From contig JBEKGO010000002.1 in assembly GCA_050012755.1 (NCBI GenBank), positions 1 to 64,000 of the forward strand: 64,000 nt of DNA. The letters are read 5' to 3'. Of the stretch, positions 41,721-51,600 are shown piece by piece. Position 1 is the first letter of the stretch. The number at the start of each line of letters is the position of its first letter. The stretch comes from Candidatus Bathyarchaeia archaeon. Lineage in GTDB: Archaea > Thermoproteota > Bathyarchaeia > Bathyarchaeales > Bathycorpusculaceae. The position numbers were made by a program, and so were the translations under genes. The notes beneath the pieces are model-generated. The model ran no database searches and was not told the origin of the DNA. It saw only the letters and a list, made by a program, of their open reading frames with translations.

Positions 41721-42419
41721 ATGTCATTAATACCCCAACTCTCTAATCCGTATTTAGGAGCGCTTATTGGCGGTTTGGTGTATGGATTAGCGGTTTGTAC
41801 TGCAACTTGCCTCCCGTATGTAGCAAGCTACATTGCAGGAACCGGCGCTGATTTCCGCAAGGGTGTTATCATAACGGCATTTTTTAATTCAGGAAGAATT
41901 GCAAGTTACGCAATAATTGGAGGATTAGTCGGTTTGTTTAGCGGTCTATTCCGATTATTTGTTTCCAGTTCAGCTATTTCGCCATTTCAAATTTATTCTT
42001 CATTTGCCTTTGGTATAGTAACCATATTAATCGGCAGTTATATTTTGCTCAAGCTAAAATCAGGGTCCACATGCGATTCTCAACATGTTAAAGCAATAGA
42101 TATGAATAAGAAAACAGGCAGATTTGGGTTTGATTTTGGCGCTTTTTCCCTTGGTCTAAGCAGAGGACTAATCATATGTCCACCTTTGATAGCACTTCTA
42201 GTTTATTCGCTGCCATTTTCTAGTCCAGTGGGTAGTGTAGGTTTGGCTGTTTTGTTTGGTTTAGGAACAACGATTTCCCCGATACTCTTTCTCGGGGGAC
42301 TCACGGGCTGGCTTCTTAATAAAGCACCATTACTCAGAAAATGGATTTCCATTGCAGGTGCAGGAATACTAATAGTGCTTGGAATTGTTACGTTAATCAA
42401 TTCAGCAATCCAAATTTAG
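41721..42419 (+). CDS. DsbD_2/TauE-like membrane protein with conserved cysteines
   Basis: GLAVCTATCLP, FNSGRIASYA, RGLIICPP, LFGLGT. Confidence 0.8.
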   Translation: MSLIPQLSNPYLGALIGGLVYGLAVCTATCLPYVASYIAGTGADFRKGVIITAFFNSGRIASYAIIGGLVGLFSGLFRLFVSSSAISPFQIYSSFAFGIVTILIGSYILLKLKSGSTCDSQHVKAIDMNKKTGRFGFDFGAFSLGLSRGLIICPPLIALLVYSLPFSSPVGSVGLAVLFGLGTTISPILFLGGLTGWLLNKAPLLRKWISIAGAGILIVLGIVTLINSAIQI

Positions 42420-42443
42420 CAATAATTGAAATGAGGAAAAAAA

Positions 42444-43427
42444 TTGAGCTGGGATATCATAGCTAACATGCTAATAATCATAGTGCTTGCAGGACTTGCA
42501 GTAGCCGGTGTAGTTGCCGTTCTGATTTGGAAAAAGAACTTGGCGACAAAAATAACATTCATGCGGCTAGCTATTCAAGCGGTTTCTTTTGGAGCATTAT
42601 TTTACGTTTTTTCCCTTTCAATTCCACTTCTTTACTTAATGATCTTTGTTTTCGGTATCACTATTGTTTTAGGTCGGCTTTACTGCGGTTGGTTCTGTCC
42701 ATTAGGTTTAGTCATGGACCTCGTCATCATGTTAAGAAAAGCTCTCAAAATTCCTTATAGAAACCTTTCTGAAAAACTGAACCTTAGGCTGCATCAATTA
42801 AGATACATAATATTACTTTTCTTTTTGCTAATCCCTATCGCATTATGGTTGATCCAGCCGCCTCCAAATATCGATTTTGCAATGCTTATGGTGAAACTCT
42901 TAGCTGGTCCATTTAGACCGTACAGCATTCTTATTGATCCGATGATACCATTCGTAGTTCCATGGTCAAGCAATACGGTGTCAGTTTTCCAAATTAACTT
43001 CACGTTCCCCTATGCTCAAGAATTTATTACCTATGCAGGACAAAATATTGGACAAGTAGTCGCTATTGTTTTTGTCGGTTTAACGCTTGTGGGTTCATTC
43101 TTTATTAGACGATTTTGGTGCCGCTTCTGTCCGACAGCTGCGTCCATAGCTGTTGTAAATAGGTTTTATGGATTTAAGTGGGCACCTTTGCTGCATCTTG
43201 AAAAAGATGAAGAAAAATGTACAAAATGCGGTGTTTGCAAGAGAGTTTGTCAATCGCAAGTAACAGAAGTTTATGAGCAACGAGGTGGAAAAATCAATAC
43301 ATCCATGTGTATGCTGTGCTTGCGATGTGTGGAAATTTGCCCATACGAGGATACGCTAAAATTGAGGTTTGGTAATAAGACACTATTTAAATCAAGAAAC
43401 TGGCTGGAGCCATCAAAAAGTGTGTGA
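42444..43427 (+). CDS. NapH/MauN-like membrane 4Fe-4S protein
   Basis: GRLYCGWFCPLG, RRFWCRFCP, CTKCGVCKRVC, CMLCLRCVEICP. Confidence 0.88.
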   Translation: MSWDIIANMLIIIVLAGLAVAGVVAVLIWKKNLATKITFMRLAIQAVSFGALFYVFSLSIPLLYLMIFVFGITIVLGRLYCGWFCPLGLVMDLVIMLRKALKIPYRNLSEKLNLRLHQLRYIILLFFLLIPIALWLIQPPPNIDFAMLMVKLLAGPFRPYSILIDPMIPFVVPWSSNTVSVFQINFTFPYAQEFITYAGQNIGQVVAIVFVGLTLVGSFFIRRFWCRFCPTAASIAVVNRFYGFKWAPLLHLEKDEEKCTKCGVCKRVCQSQVTEVYEQRGGKINTSMCMLCLRCVEICPYEDTLKLRFGNKTLFKSRNWLEPSKSV

Positions 43428-43434
43428 AAGAGAT

Positions 43435-44766
43435 ATGAAGACAGAAAATGTTGAAAAAAAATACATGCCTGAAATCTCGAAAAAAGAAGCCGAAGAAATG
43501 AGAAATTCAATGAAGGCGGCATCTGAGAAAATAATGGCTGATAATATTGAGCGGATGAAGAAAGCCGACCCAAAAAGACCTGAATCCATGAAGTATTTTG
43601 ATGAAATGGCCAATTTGTTCGGCCAACGCCCAAAAGAAATTGTGGCTGAGAAGGAAAAAGGCAAGAAAGTTATTGGTTACACCTGTCTCTTTGCCCCGAC
43701 CGAGATGATTTTGGCTGCAGATGCTATTCCAGTCAGGGTAAATTCTGGATGGTATGATGCTGCTAAACTTGGCGATAGGGTTGTGCCCGTGGAGGTTTGT
43801 CCAGTTATCCGCTCAACCATAGGCGCAAAAATGATTGAATTGTCGCCTTTTCTTGAGTTAAGTGACGTTTTAATTAGTGTTCTAACCTGTGACGGAATGA
43901 CCAAGCTTAGCGAGATTTTAAGTGATAGCAAGACAATTTGGGGTATGAATATTCCCAGAGTTAAAGATGCACCACAATCACTTCATTTTTGGAACCAGGA
44001 AATTAGACACATAAAGACGCAAATCGAAGAATTAACCGGTAATAAAATTACTCGCAAAAATCTTAAGGTAGCCATAGAAGAGACACAGAATGCAACACGA
44101 GCGTTCCGCAGACTGCAGGATCTACGCAAGGGTCCACCCGTGATTATGGGCAGAGACGCCATGCTTGTTAATCAAGCATATCTATGGGATGATAAAAAGC
44201 GTTGGACCGAAAAAGTTGAAGTTCTATGTAATGAACTTGAGCAGAGAGCACAAAGGAAAGAGTGGGTTTGCCCACTTGATACGCCTCGCGTACTAGTTAC
44301 AGGTACGCCGATGTTTTGGCCTGATAACTGGAAACTACCGACACTTATTGAAGAAGGCAACCCTAAGGGCATCATTGTTGCAGATGAACTTTGTTCAGGC
44401 GAAAGGATTCTCAACGACCCAGTTGGAGTAGACGAATGGAACATGGATGACATGCTTAACGCAATAGGAGATAGATACTTGATGGCTTCGACATGCCCAT
44501 GCTTTACGTCTAAGGATGGAAATGAAGATAGGATTAACTGGCTTGTAAACAAGGTTAAGGAATCGAATGTTCAAGGCGTGATTTATCACGTGGTGCGTGG
44601 CTGCATGCTCTATGCCATGGAGTACACCAGAATCAAGAAAGCTCTTGACAAGATAAACATTCCAGTATACTACCTTGACACCGATTATACAAGAGAAGAT
44701 GTTGGACAAATGAAGACGCGCGTTGAAGCTTTCCTTGAAATGCTAACAGCAAGGGTTGAAACCTAA
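43435..44766 (+). CDS. 2-hydroxyacyl-CoA dehydratase-family protein, single-chain double-cubane-cluster (DCCP)-like reductase
   Basis: IGYTCLFAPTE, EVCPVIRS, LTCDGMTK, DELCSG, STCPCF, RGCMLY, GQMKTRVEAFLE. Confidence 0.8.
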   Translation: MKTENVEKKYMPEISKKEAEEMRNSMKAASEKIMADNIERMKKADPKRPESMKYFDEMANLFGQRPKEIVAEKEKGKKVIGYTCLFAPTEMILAADAIPVRVNSGWYDAAKLGDRVVPVEVCPVIRSTIGAKMIELSPFLELSDVLISVLTCDGMTKLSEILSDSKTIWGMNIPRVKDAPQSLHFWNQEIRHIKTQIEELTGNKITRKNLKVAIEETQNATRAFRRLQDLRKGPPVIMGRDAMLVNQAYLWDDKKRWTEKVEVLCNELEQRAQRKEWVCPLDTPRVLVTGTPMFWPDNWKLPTLIEEGNPKGIIVADELCSGERILNDPVGVDEWNMDDMLNAIGDRYLMASTCPCFTSKDGNEDRINWLVNKVKESNVQGVIYHVVRGCMLYAMEYTRIKKALDKINIPVYYLDTDYTREDVGQMKTRVEAFLEMLTARVET

Positions 44767-44778
44767 AAAAGTGATTTA

Positions 44779-45564
44779 ATGATTACTGTCGGAATGGATT
44801 TAGGCACTCAAAGCGTGAAGGCTGTAGTCCTAAAAGACGATTCTGTAGTTTCAAGAAAGCAAGTGTTCTCAGGGTTCGATCCTACAAAAGCCGCTGAAGA
44901 AGCGGTACATGAAGCACTAAAACAAGCAAACATGCAGAAGTCTGGCGTAGCCTATTTCGTCGCAACTGGCTCAGGTATGGAAATGGCTCCCTTTGCTAAC
45001 AGCACGGTAAGCATGATGGGGGCGGATGCTAAAGCAGCAATTTACGTTTTCCCAAAAGCCAGAACAATTATTGATGTTGGTGCCGAAGAAGCTAGAGCCG
45101 TCAAATGTGATGAGAAAGGAATTATGGTTGATTTTGTAGTTAACGAACGCTGCGCCGCTGGTGCAGGAACTTTCATTGAAGCAATGGCGCGGGCTTTGGA
45201 AGTCAAATTGGAAGAGATGGGACCGCTATCTCTTAAAGCAGAACGGGCAAGTCCCATTAATGCTTCATGCGTAATCTTTGGCGAATCTGATGTTGTTTCA
45301 CTTATCCATCGCCAAGAGTCTAAACCTGAAATTGCAAGGGCAGTTTTTGATGCAATGGCAGATCGCATTTCATCTATGGTTCATAGGTTAGGAGTAAACC
45401 CCGAAGTGGTTCTGGTTGGCGGTGTAGCTAAGGATGTTGGATTTATTGCATCGTTAAATCGAAAATTAGGGGTTAACGTGTTGATACCTGAATTTCCCGA
45501 ATATGTCGGGGCACTTGGTGCGGCTCTTGTAGCTACCAACCGAACGAAAGAGGGCCAAAAATGA
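44779..45564 (+). CDS. BadF/BadG/BcrA/BcrD ATPase, BzdP-like activator subunit
   Basis: GMDLGTQ, IIDVGAEEARA, NERCAAGAGTF, NASCVIFGES. Confidence 0.82.
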   Translation: MITVGMDLGTQSVKAVVLKDDSVVSRKQVFSGFDPTKAAEEAVHEALKQANMQKSGVAYFVATGSGMEMAPFANSTVSMMGADAKAAIYVFPKARTIIDVGAEEARAVKCDEKGIMVDFVVNERCAAGAGTFIEAMARALEVKLEEMGPLSLKAERASPINASCVIFGESDVVSLIHRQESKPEIARAVFDAMADRISSMVHRLGVNPEVVLVGGVAKDVGFIASLNRKLGVNVLIPEFPEYVGALGAALVATNRTKEGQK

Positions 45565-46472
45565 AAGAACCTAGCACAATTAAAGGTGACATTGAATTTT
45601 GGCGTTGGCAAGAATACCAACGTATTGTGCCGAGCATAAAATGGACAAAAAAGGACATAATAACTGCAGGTGTCGATGTTGGTTCTGTCGGTTCAAAAGC
45701 CGTTATTATGGTTAATGGTCAAGCTTACTCTTGGGGAATTGCCAGAACAGGTTCCAACAGTCCTGAAAGTGCAAAGAAAGTTTTAGACTGGGCACTTATG
45801 GACACTGGTCTTAAGGTAGGTGACCTCAAATACATCGTGGGCACAGGCTATGGCAGAGTTAATGTGCCCATGGCAAACAAAGCTATAACAGAAATTGCTT
45901 GTCATGCAAAAGGAGCTAACTATATTTGGGGGCCAAGCGTTCGAACCGTATTGGACGTTGGAGGACAAGACATTAAAGCCATTCGAATCGACGAAACCGG
46001 TAGAGTAGTCTCTTTTTTAATGAATGATAAATGTGCAGCTGGAACAGGGAGAGGAATGGAAGTTTTCGCCGATTTGCTAAAAATTTCCATTGAAAAAATC
46101 GGAGAAATGTCTCTTCTGGTTGATGAGGAACCGCCGCCAGTAAGTTGCACATGCGTGGCTTTCGCAAAAACTGAAGCCGTGGGACTCTTGCGTAAAGGTT
46201 GGTCTAAAGAAAAGGTTTTAGCTGCCTACACTCGGGCAATGGCAGTTCGTATGGCTAACTTGATTAATAGAGTAGGCCTAGAAAAAGAATTGGTTATTAC
46301 TGGCGGACAATCAAAAAACATTGGAATTGTTAGCAGGATAGAGGTTGTTTTAGGAGAGAAATGTTTGCCGATGCCAAACTGGCGAGAGAACGGTTTGGAC
46401 CCTATGATTGCAGGCGCATTAGGTGCAGCGCTCTTTGGTAAAGCGCTCTACGAGAAAGCACAAAAAACCTAG
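45561..46472 (+). CDS. BadF/BadG/BcrA/BcrD ATPase, BzdQ-like subunit
   Basis: FWRWQEY N-terminal extension, AGVDVGSV, RTGSNSP, GTGYGRVNVP, TEIACHAKGANY, MNDKCAAGTGRGMEV. Confidence 0.87.
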   Translation: MKEPSTIKGDIEFWRWQEYQRIVPSIKWTKKDIITAGVDVGSVGSKAVIMVNGQAYSWGIARTGSNSPESAKKVLDWALMDTGLKVGDLKYIVGTGYGRVNVPMANKAITEIACHAKGANYIWGPSVRTVLDVGGQDIKAIRIDETGRVVSFLMNDKCAAGTGRGMEVFADLLKISIEKIGEMSLLVDEEPPPVSCTCVAFAKTEAVGLLRKGWSKEKVLAAYTRAMAVRMANLINRVGLEKELVITGGQSKNIGIVSRIEVVLGEKCLPMPNWRENGLDPMIAGALGAALFGKALYEKAQKT

Positions 46473-46487
46473 AGGCACTTTAGATTT

Positions 46488-46772
46488 ATGATTACGCATT
46501 ATGGCTACAGCGATGGATCAGGCGAATACTACATTACAATTGATACCGACAGGTGCAATAGCTGCGGCAAATGCGTTAAGCAATGTCCTCAATCAGCACT
46601 TCAGATGGAAACTATGTTAATTGACCTTGAAGACAAGACAGTGGCATCAGTCACAGAGGAGCACCGGAAAAAAATAAAATACACATGTGCTTCTTGCAAA
46701 CCAGAAACTAATAGATCCCCTTGCGTACTAGCTTGCAAGACCAAAGCAATTAGCTGTAGTTGGAAAGTATAA
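46488..46772 (+). CDS. Ferredoxin, BzdM-like
   Basis: YGYSDGSGEYYITIDTDRCNSCGKCVKQCP...CASC...PCVLAC. Confidence 0.8.
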   Translation: MITHYGYSDGSGEYYITIDTDRCNSCGKCVKQCPQSALQMETMLIDLEDKTVASVTEEHRKKIKYTCASCKPETNRSPCVLACKTKAISCSWKV

Positions 46773-46959
46773 TAATGTTTGATTGAAATGAGTAACCTCA
46801 CTATTTTCTGTTCGTCAACAAAAGGTTTCTAAACGCAAACATTATTTGTATCGTGAGTCATCAGATAGTAGAAAGCAGTATTAGAGATATTACTTGAGAA
46901 TTCGCTAGCTTTATTTATGATTTCACACACTCAAACGTTGATAGCGGGGCAAGAAAACA

Positions 46960-47511
46960 TTGGCAAGAAATCCTCAGTCAAAAGATGAAGCATTAGAAGC
47001 CATAGACTTCATCGTAAATGTTTTAAAAGAACACGAGAAAGATTTAGATAAACTGATTAATGAGTTAGCAACTGTCACCGAACAACTTGGAGATACCGGG
47101 CAAATAAACGATAAAGTAGAAAAAGTTGAAGAAAAAATAAATAACCTGCAAAAAGAAGTCACAAATCTGATCACTTACTTATCAAGTGCACCAAGACAAG
47201 CTTCTCCTGCAACGGCTAAGGAGCAGGTAGCTCAAGCAACACCTACCGCTGCGGTTCAGAGTGGGCTCTCTTTGATTTTTAGGTGTAAGCAATGGGAAGA
47301 TTTTCAAACTTTAGCTTTTCAGGCTCAAACTTTGTCTTTTAGCCTAAAAGAAGAAGAGAAGAGTTTTCAAGCTGATGCGTTTAAAGGTAACCAGATCATT
47401 ACTTATAGCGGTCCTGTCCCTAAGTTGTCAGCCGTTTTGAAGGCATGGTTGTCTAGGCAATTGGACGTTCCAGAAAGAAGTATTTTGGAAGGCGTTTTAG
47501 CAATTAACTAA
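46960..47511 (+). CDS. Hypothetical coiled-coil protein
   Basis: Heptad-rich N-terminus EAIDFIVNVLKEHEKDLDKLINEL... Confidence 0.7.
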   Translation: MARNPQSKDEALEAIDFIVNVLKEHEKDLDKLINELATVTEQLGDTGQINDKVEKVEEKINNLQKEVTNLITYLSSAPRQASPATAKEQVAQATPTAAVQSGLSLIFRCKQWEDFQTLAFQAQTLSFSLKEEEKSFQADAFKGNQIITYSGPVPKLSAVLKAWLSRQLDVPERSILEGVLAIN

Positions 47512-47582
47512 GATTAATATGTTCATTCTTTATTTTTGATTCATAAAGCTTATAATATGCTTTATCATATCTTAAGTCTTGT

Positions 47583-47721
47583 TAGTGTATGGAGTATTAG
47601 TTAGGGTTGAAGGCAAAACCACTAAGCCATTTAACTTTTCCGTTTTCGAAGCCTTCTCCTTTCTCCTCGATGACGGATGGCACTGGTAAGCCAACAAACA
47701 ATAACTAGTTCTCCAGCACTA
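47583..47721 (+). ncRNA. Candidate rod-shaped small RNA
   Basis: Nested complementary segments over ~140 nt; TATA-like AAAGCTTATAA about 30 nt upstream. Confidence 0.5.
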
Positions 47722-47803
47722 CATTACAACAAGAATTTTTGAATAAACCAATACACCAAATCTTATATGCACTTAAAGTCCATTATAATTCAGGTTGATT
47801 TGT

Positions 47804-47887
47804 TTGGCTATAGATGTAGAAAGAACAAAGAAGCCGAAACTTCCCACAAAAAAACGGTTGCTAAAGAAAATAAAAAATAGAAGATAA
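47804..47887 (+). CDS. Candidate 27-aa basic micropeptide
   Basis: TTG-started MAIDVERTKKPKLPTKKRLLKKIKNRR*, with TATA-like CTTATAT and AGGTTGA upstream. Confidence 0.3.
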   Translation: MAIDVERTKKPKLPTKKRLLKKIKNRR

Positions 47888-48137
47888 ACCGCTGAAACTA
47901 CGTTGACTTTCGATTATTGATATGATAGCTTAGAAAATGTCTTTTAACTTTCCTTCAATTTTACATCCAATTGTTAATTACCAAATTAACTCCTCTCCTC
48001 GTTTTTATCTGCAAAAACAGCCAACAAGAAGCAAACCAACTCTAGAGAGAAAGAAGAGGCAAAACAAACTGTCTAAAAGAGTGTAAATGCTCGTTAGCAT
48101 TAAACTTGTAAAAGTCGCTTGCCTTTCATCAACTACT

Positions 48138-48644
48138 TTACTTGGGCGTTGTCAAATATTTGAGATGGAACGGCTTTATCATGATTCCAGCCTTTAAATC
48201 TGCATTGAAAGTTTGGCTTTCAACCACCCAATCAGACAGTTCAGAATCATGTGCCCGAATGAACTCAGCGAAGTTTGCGAAGTTTTCATGAAGTGAAATA
48301 CAAGCAGCATCCCAGCCCATTCCTCTTCCATCTAAAACCAGAATCACGTTGGGTTGCTTCATGTACCAATCTTTCATTTCTTGCAGTGCCTTTGTTTTTT
48401 CCTCGCCCGTTGTAAATTTCAGTTTACTCTTTACAAAAGTGAATGCAGCTATTTCAAACCCAATTTGCCCAAACTTCGGGATTACGGTATATCCTTCTAT
48501 GAAGTTTTCTTCAAGCATGGCTCTTCTTCGGGTGACTGTAGGTTGAGAAACGCCGAGTGATTTTGCCAGTTGCCTATCGCTTCTGTGCGAATCCTTCATT
48601 AATTCAAAAAGTATTTTGTAGTCGATCGGTTTAAGTTCTTTCAT
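48138..48644 (-). CDS. Lrp/AsnC-family transcriptional regulator
   Basis: DYKILFELMKDSHRSDRQLAKSLGVSQPTVTRRR HTH; GYTVIP...GFEI. Confidence 0.87.
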   Translation of the reverse strand: MKELKPIDYKILFELMKDSHRSDRQLAKSLGVSQPTVTRRRAMLEENFIEGYTVIPKFGQIGFEIAAFTFVKSKLKFTTGEEKTKALQEMKDWYMKQPNVILVLDGRGMGWDAACISLHENFANFAEFIRAHDSELSDWVVESQTFNADLKAGIMIKPFHLKYLTTPK

Positions 48645-48804
48645 CGTAATCAACTTTTGCCATTCACTAGCGTTTTTGACATCATATATAAACATCGTTG
48701 TTGAATAAACGGAAAATCGTTCCAGTATTACAGGGCAACAATAACCCTAAGTCGATACTTTTAAGAGAAAAAACCCCTTAACACATGTGGGAGCCACGAA
48801 AGTA

Positions 48805-50163
48805 ATGTCGCCTCAAATTCTTACGGATGTAAAACAGGAAATAACCAATTTACTCAGCGATTTAATACGTTTAGACACAACTAACCCTCCAGGCAACGAA
48901 ACACAAGCAGCAACATATGTTGCAGAATACTTTGGCAAGGAGGGGTTCAAAACAGAAATTATTGAGTCAGCGCCTGGAAGAGGCAGCGCAATTACAAGGC
49001 TTAAAGGAACAGGCGAAAAACCCAACTTACTTTTGTTGTCTCATTTGGACGTTGTTGCGGCTAATCCAAACGAGTGGACCGTTGACCCTTTCGCTGGTAC
49101 AGTCAAGAATGGTTATGTCTATGGCAGAGGAGCTTATGACATGAAATGCATGACGGCCATCGAAATGGTTGTCCTAAAGTATTTGAAGAAAAACAATGTG
49201 CATCTGAAAGGCGACGTTGTTTTGGCAGCTACGGCTGATGAAGAAAGCGGTGGCGAAGAAGGAGCAGGTTACCTTCTAAGGAAACATAAAGAAAAAATTT
49301 GGTGCCCATACGTTATCAATGAAGGGGGTGGCTTAGCTTTCCCATCAAAAAAAGGCTATGTGTTTCCTATTCAGACAGCGGAAAAAGGAATTCTTTGGCT
49401 TAGAGTAAAGGCAAAAGGAACCCCCGGGCACGGATCCACGCCTAATACGGCTGATAATGCAGTCATGCGTATGAACAAGGTTGTCGACATATTGGGAAAT
49501 TACAAAGCCAAAACCATGTATGTGCCCACTCTCAGAAAGTTTCTCGATGAAATGGGAAAACATGACCCTGAAATCAGCGAGATATTTTCACGTTTGCTTG
49601 CCAATCCTATGCGAAGCGAACAGATACTCGATGAGTTGGCAAAAAAAGACAAGGCTTTAGCTGAAGAAATTAGGCCAAGAACCAAAATGACCATTGCCCC
49701 AACCATGATCCATGGTGGAGTTAAAGAGAACATAATACCTTCAGACTGTGAAGCAGTATTTGACTGTAGAATACTTCCAGGGCAAGATGCGAATGCGACA
49801 TTTGATTTAATAAAGAACTTACTGAAAGATGTAGGATTAGAAAAGTTAAGTTTTGAGTTTATTCAAAAACATGATGGATCTGAGTCTACTACGAAAACTC
49901 CACTTTACGAAACAATCACAAGTGTTCTTAAAGAGTTTGGACCAAACTGCGGAATCACACCAACACTAACTACAGGAGGAACCGACTCACGTTTCTTCAG
50001 AGAAGCGGGCAGCATATGCTATGGCTATCAACCTATGATTCCTGATGAGCCAAACGATCAATTGGAGAAACGCATGCATGGTATTGATGAACGAATAACG
50101 ATTGAAAACCTTGTTTATGGAACTAGCATACTTTATGAGACTGTGAAAAGATTCATGAGCTAA
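48805..50163 (+). CDS. M20-family metallopeptidase/deacylase
   Basis: NPPGNE, SHLDVV, GRGAYDMK, ADEESGG, GHGS, GGTDSR, HGIDERI. Confidence 0.92.
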   Translation: MSPQILTDVKQEITNLLSDLIRLDTTNPPGNETQAATYVAEYFGKEGFKTEIIESAPGRGSAITRLKGTGEKPNLLLLSHLDVVAANPNEWTVDPFAGTVKNGYVYGRGAYDMKCMTAIEMVVLKYLKKNNVHLKGDVVLAATADEESGGEEGAGYLLRKHKEKIWCPYVINEGGGLAFPSKKGYVFPIQTAEKGILWLRVKAKGTPGHGSTPNTADNAVMRMNKVVDILGNYKAKTMYVPTLRKFLDEMGKHDPEISEIFSRLLANPMRSEQILDELAKKDKALAEEIRPRTKMTIAPTMIHGGVKENIIPSDCEAVFDCRILPGQDANATFDLIKNLLKDVGLEKLSFEFIQKHDGSESTTKTPLYETITSVLKEFGPNCGITPTLTTGGTDSRFFREAGSICYGYQPMIPDEPNDQLEKRMHGIDERITIENLVYGTSILYETVKRFMS

Positions 50164-50295
50164 AAAACACCAGGCTAACTCTCGCTCATGACTTATTTCC
50201 CTAATTTTTTGGTGAATGGCATTTGTTTTTGCGCACAACCTACCGCTAAACTCTATTAGATGCGTCCAACAAGAGCGCTAATAAGAAAAAACATA

Positions 50296-50324
50296 GCACC
50301 CAAAACACAAAGGACAAAAACTGC
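50296..50324 (-). repeat. Degenerate partial copy of the dispersed cassette core
   Basis: GCACCCAAAACACAAAGGACAAAAACTGC matches the distal half of the core; no decamer array. Confidence 0.55.
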
Positions 50325-50479
50325 AAAATTTAAATCCGCATCTTCAACTATCATCGCATTCAAGAGGAACATTTATCGAAGCAAGATTAATGTAAACTGA
50401 TGAACACAAAATATAAATTTTTATAGTAACAGCGCCAATTTAACAAGCAAGATGCGCCTATCTTGGTGTCAACTTCATT

Positions 50480-51022
50480 ATGACAAGCGAGTTAACGTCA
50501 ATTAATCAGGAGCTAAAGAATTATGAAGCCGGCAAAATTGTCGGTTTAATCTCTGATACGCATGTTCCAAAAAGGGCATTGAGTATTCCAAAAAAAGTTT
50601 TTGAAGCGTTTGCAAACGTTGATTTTGTCATTCATGCAGGCGACCTTGTGGAGTTAGCAGTCATTGATGAGTTGGAGCAGGCTGCCCCTGTTTTGGCAGT
50701 TCATGGAAACATGGATAGCTTTGAAGTTAGCAATTCTTTGCCTAAGATTAATTCTCTTAAGCTTTTTGATTGGAAAATAGGTGTCATTCATGATGCAGAC
50801 AGCTTTAATGAGCGGGGAAAAATGCAGGATATTGCTAAAGAAAACGGTTTTAACGTTTTGGTCTACGGGCACACGCATGTTTCAAAAATAAAATGGGAAG
50901 GCAAAACTCTCTACATTAACCCCGGAAGCCCAACTGACCCAGCATCAATCCTCAATAAACCATCTGTTGCGTTGCTGAGAGTAACCAAGGAAGTCATTAC
51001 TCCCCAAATAATAAACATCTAA
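50480..51022 (+). CDS. YfcE/MJ0936-family metallophosphoesterase
   Basis: SDTH, HAGD, HGNMD, YGHTH, NPGS. Confidence 0.92.
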   Translation: MTSELTSINQELKNYEAGKIVGLISDTHVPKRALSIPKKVFEAFANVDFVIHAGDLVELAVIDELEQAAPVLAVHGNMDSFEVSNSLPKINSLKLFDWKIGVIHDADSFNERGKMQDIAKENGFNVLVYGHTHVSKIKWEGKTLYINPGSPTDPASILNKPSVALLRVTKEVITPQIINI

Positions 51023-51463
51023 CCGAAAAGTAGAATAGAAGATAGAATATAGCAATATTCCAAAAAAGAGTGAAACAAGCCAAGTAATCATTGTGGCAAG
51101 CACAAGCTTTTTCCTGTTAAAGCAACCCTTCAAGCCTTGACAGCGCCAAGAAATTACAAACCAGACACCAAACGAGACAACTGTTATGCCAAGGGGAACA
51201 TGAATCAAAGTAATAATTGATACCATGCCGTAGGAGTGTCGAACGATGTATTCCGGAATCAATGCTAAAACTAACGAAGGAATCATAATCGCAAAAATGA
51301 CTATAAGATGCAAAACCACAACCTAAGCCATTATTTTTCCATGCTGCTGAAATATCAGCCTCTGGAAGAGCAAACAACCGTAAATCAGCAAGGCTAAGAC
51401 AATTATTTGAATTAACAAAGCGATTGCGGAAATTAAGAAGTAAGGATTCGTTAAAAAAGACAT
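50945..51463 (-). pseudogene. DUF420-like membrane protein gene interrupted by an in-frame TAG (51325..51323)
   Basis: ATG 51463 reads MSFLTNPYFL...QQHGKIMA*VVVLHLIVIFAIMIPS..., continuing in frame into ORF 50945..51319. Confidence 0.7.
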
Positions 51464-51600
51464 GCCTCAACAAACTTACCACTTGAAGTCTAAACGTACA
51501 AAGTTTCACTTTCACTCACCCCTCCTCTGCTCCGAATTGCAGTTAATCCAACCAACTTAAAAGCAGTAAAACACCAAAATGTCATTCTAAGGTAAAAAAA

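Noticed and set aside
43435-46472. Calling the locus a complete benzoyl-CoA reductase
   Set aside because: Only one reductase-type chain is present and no downstream aromatic-pathway genes are in the window
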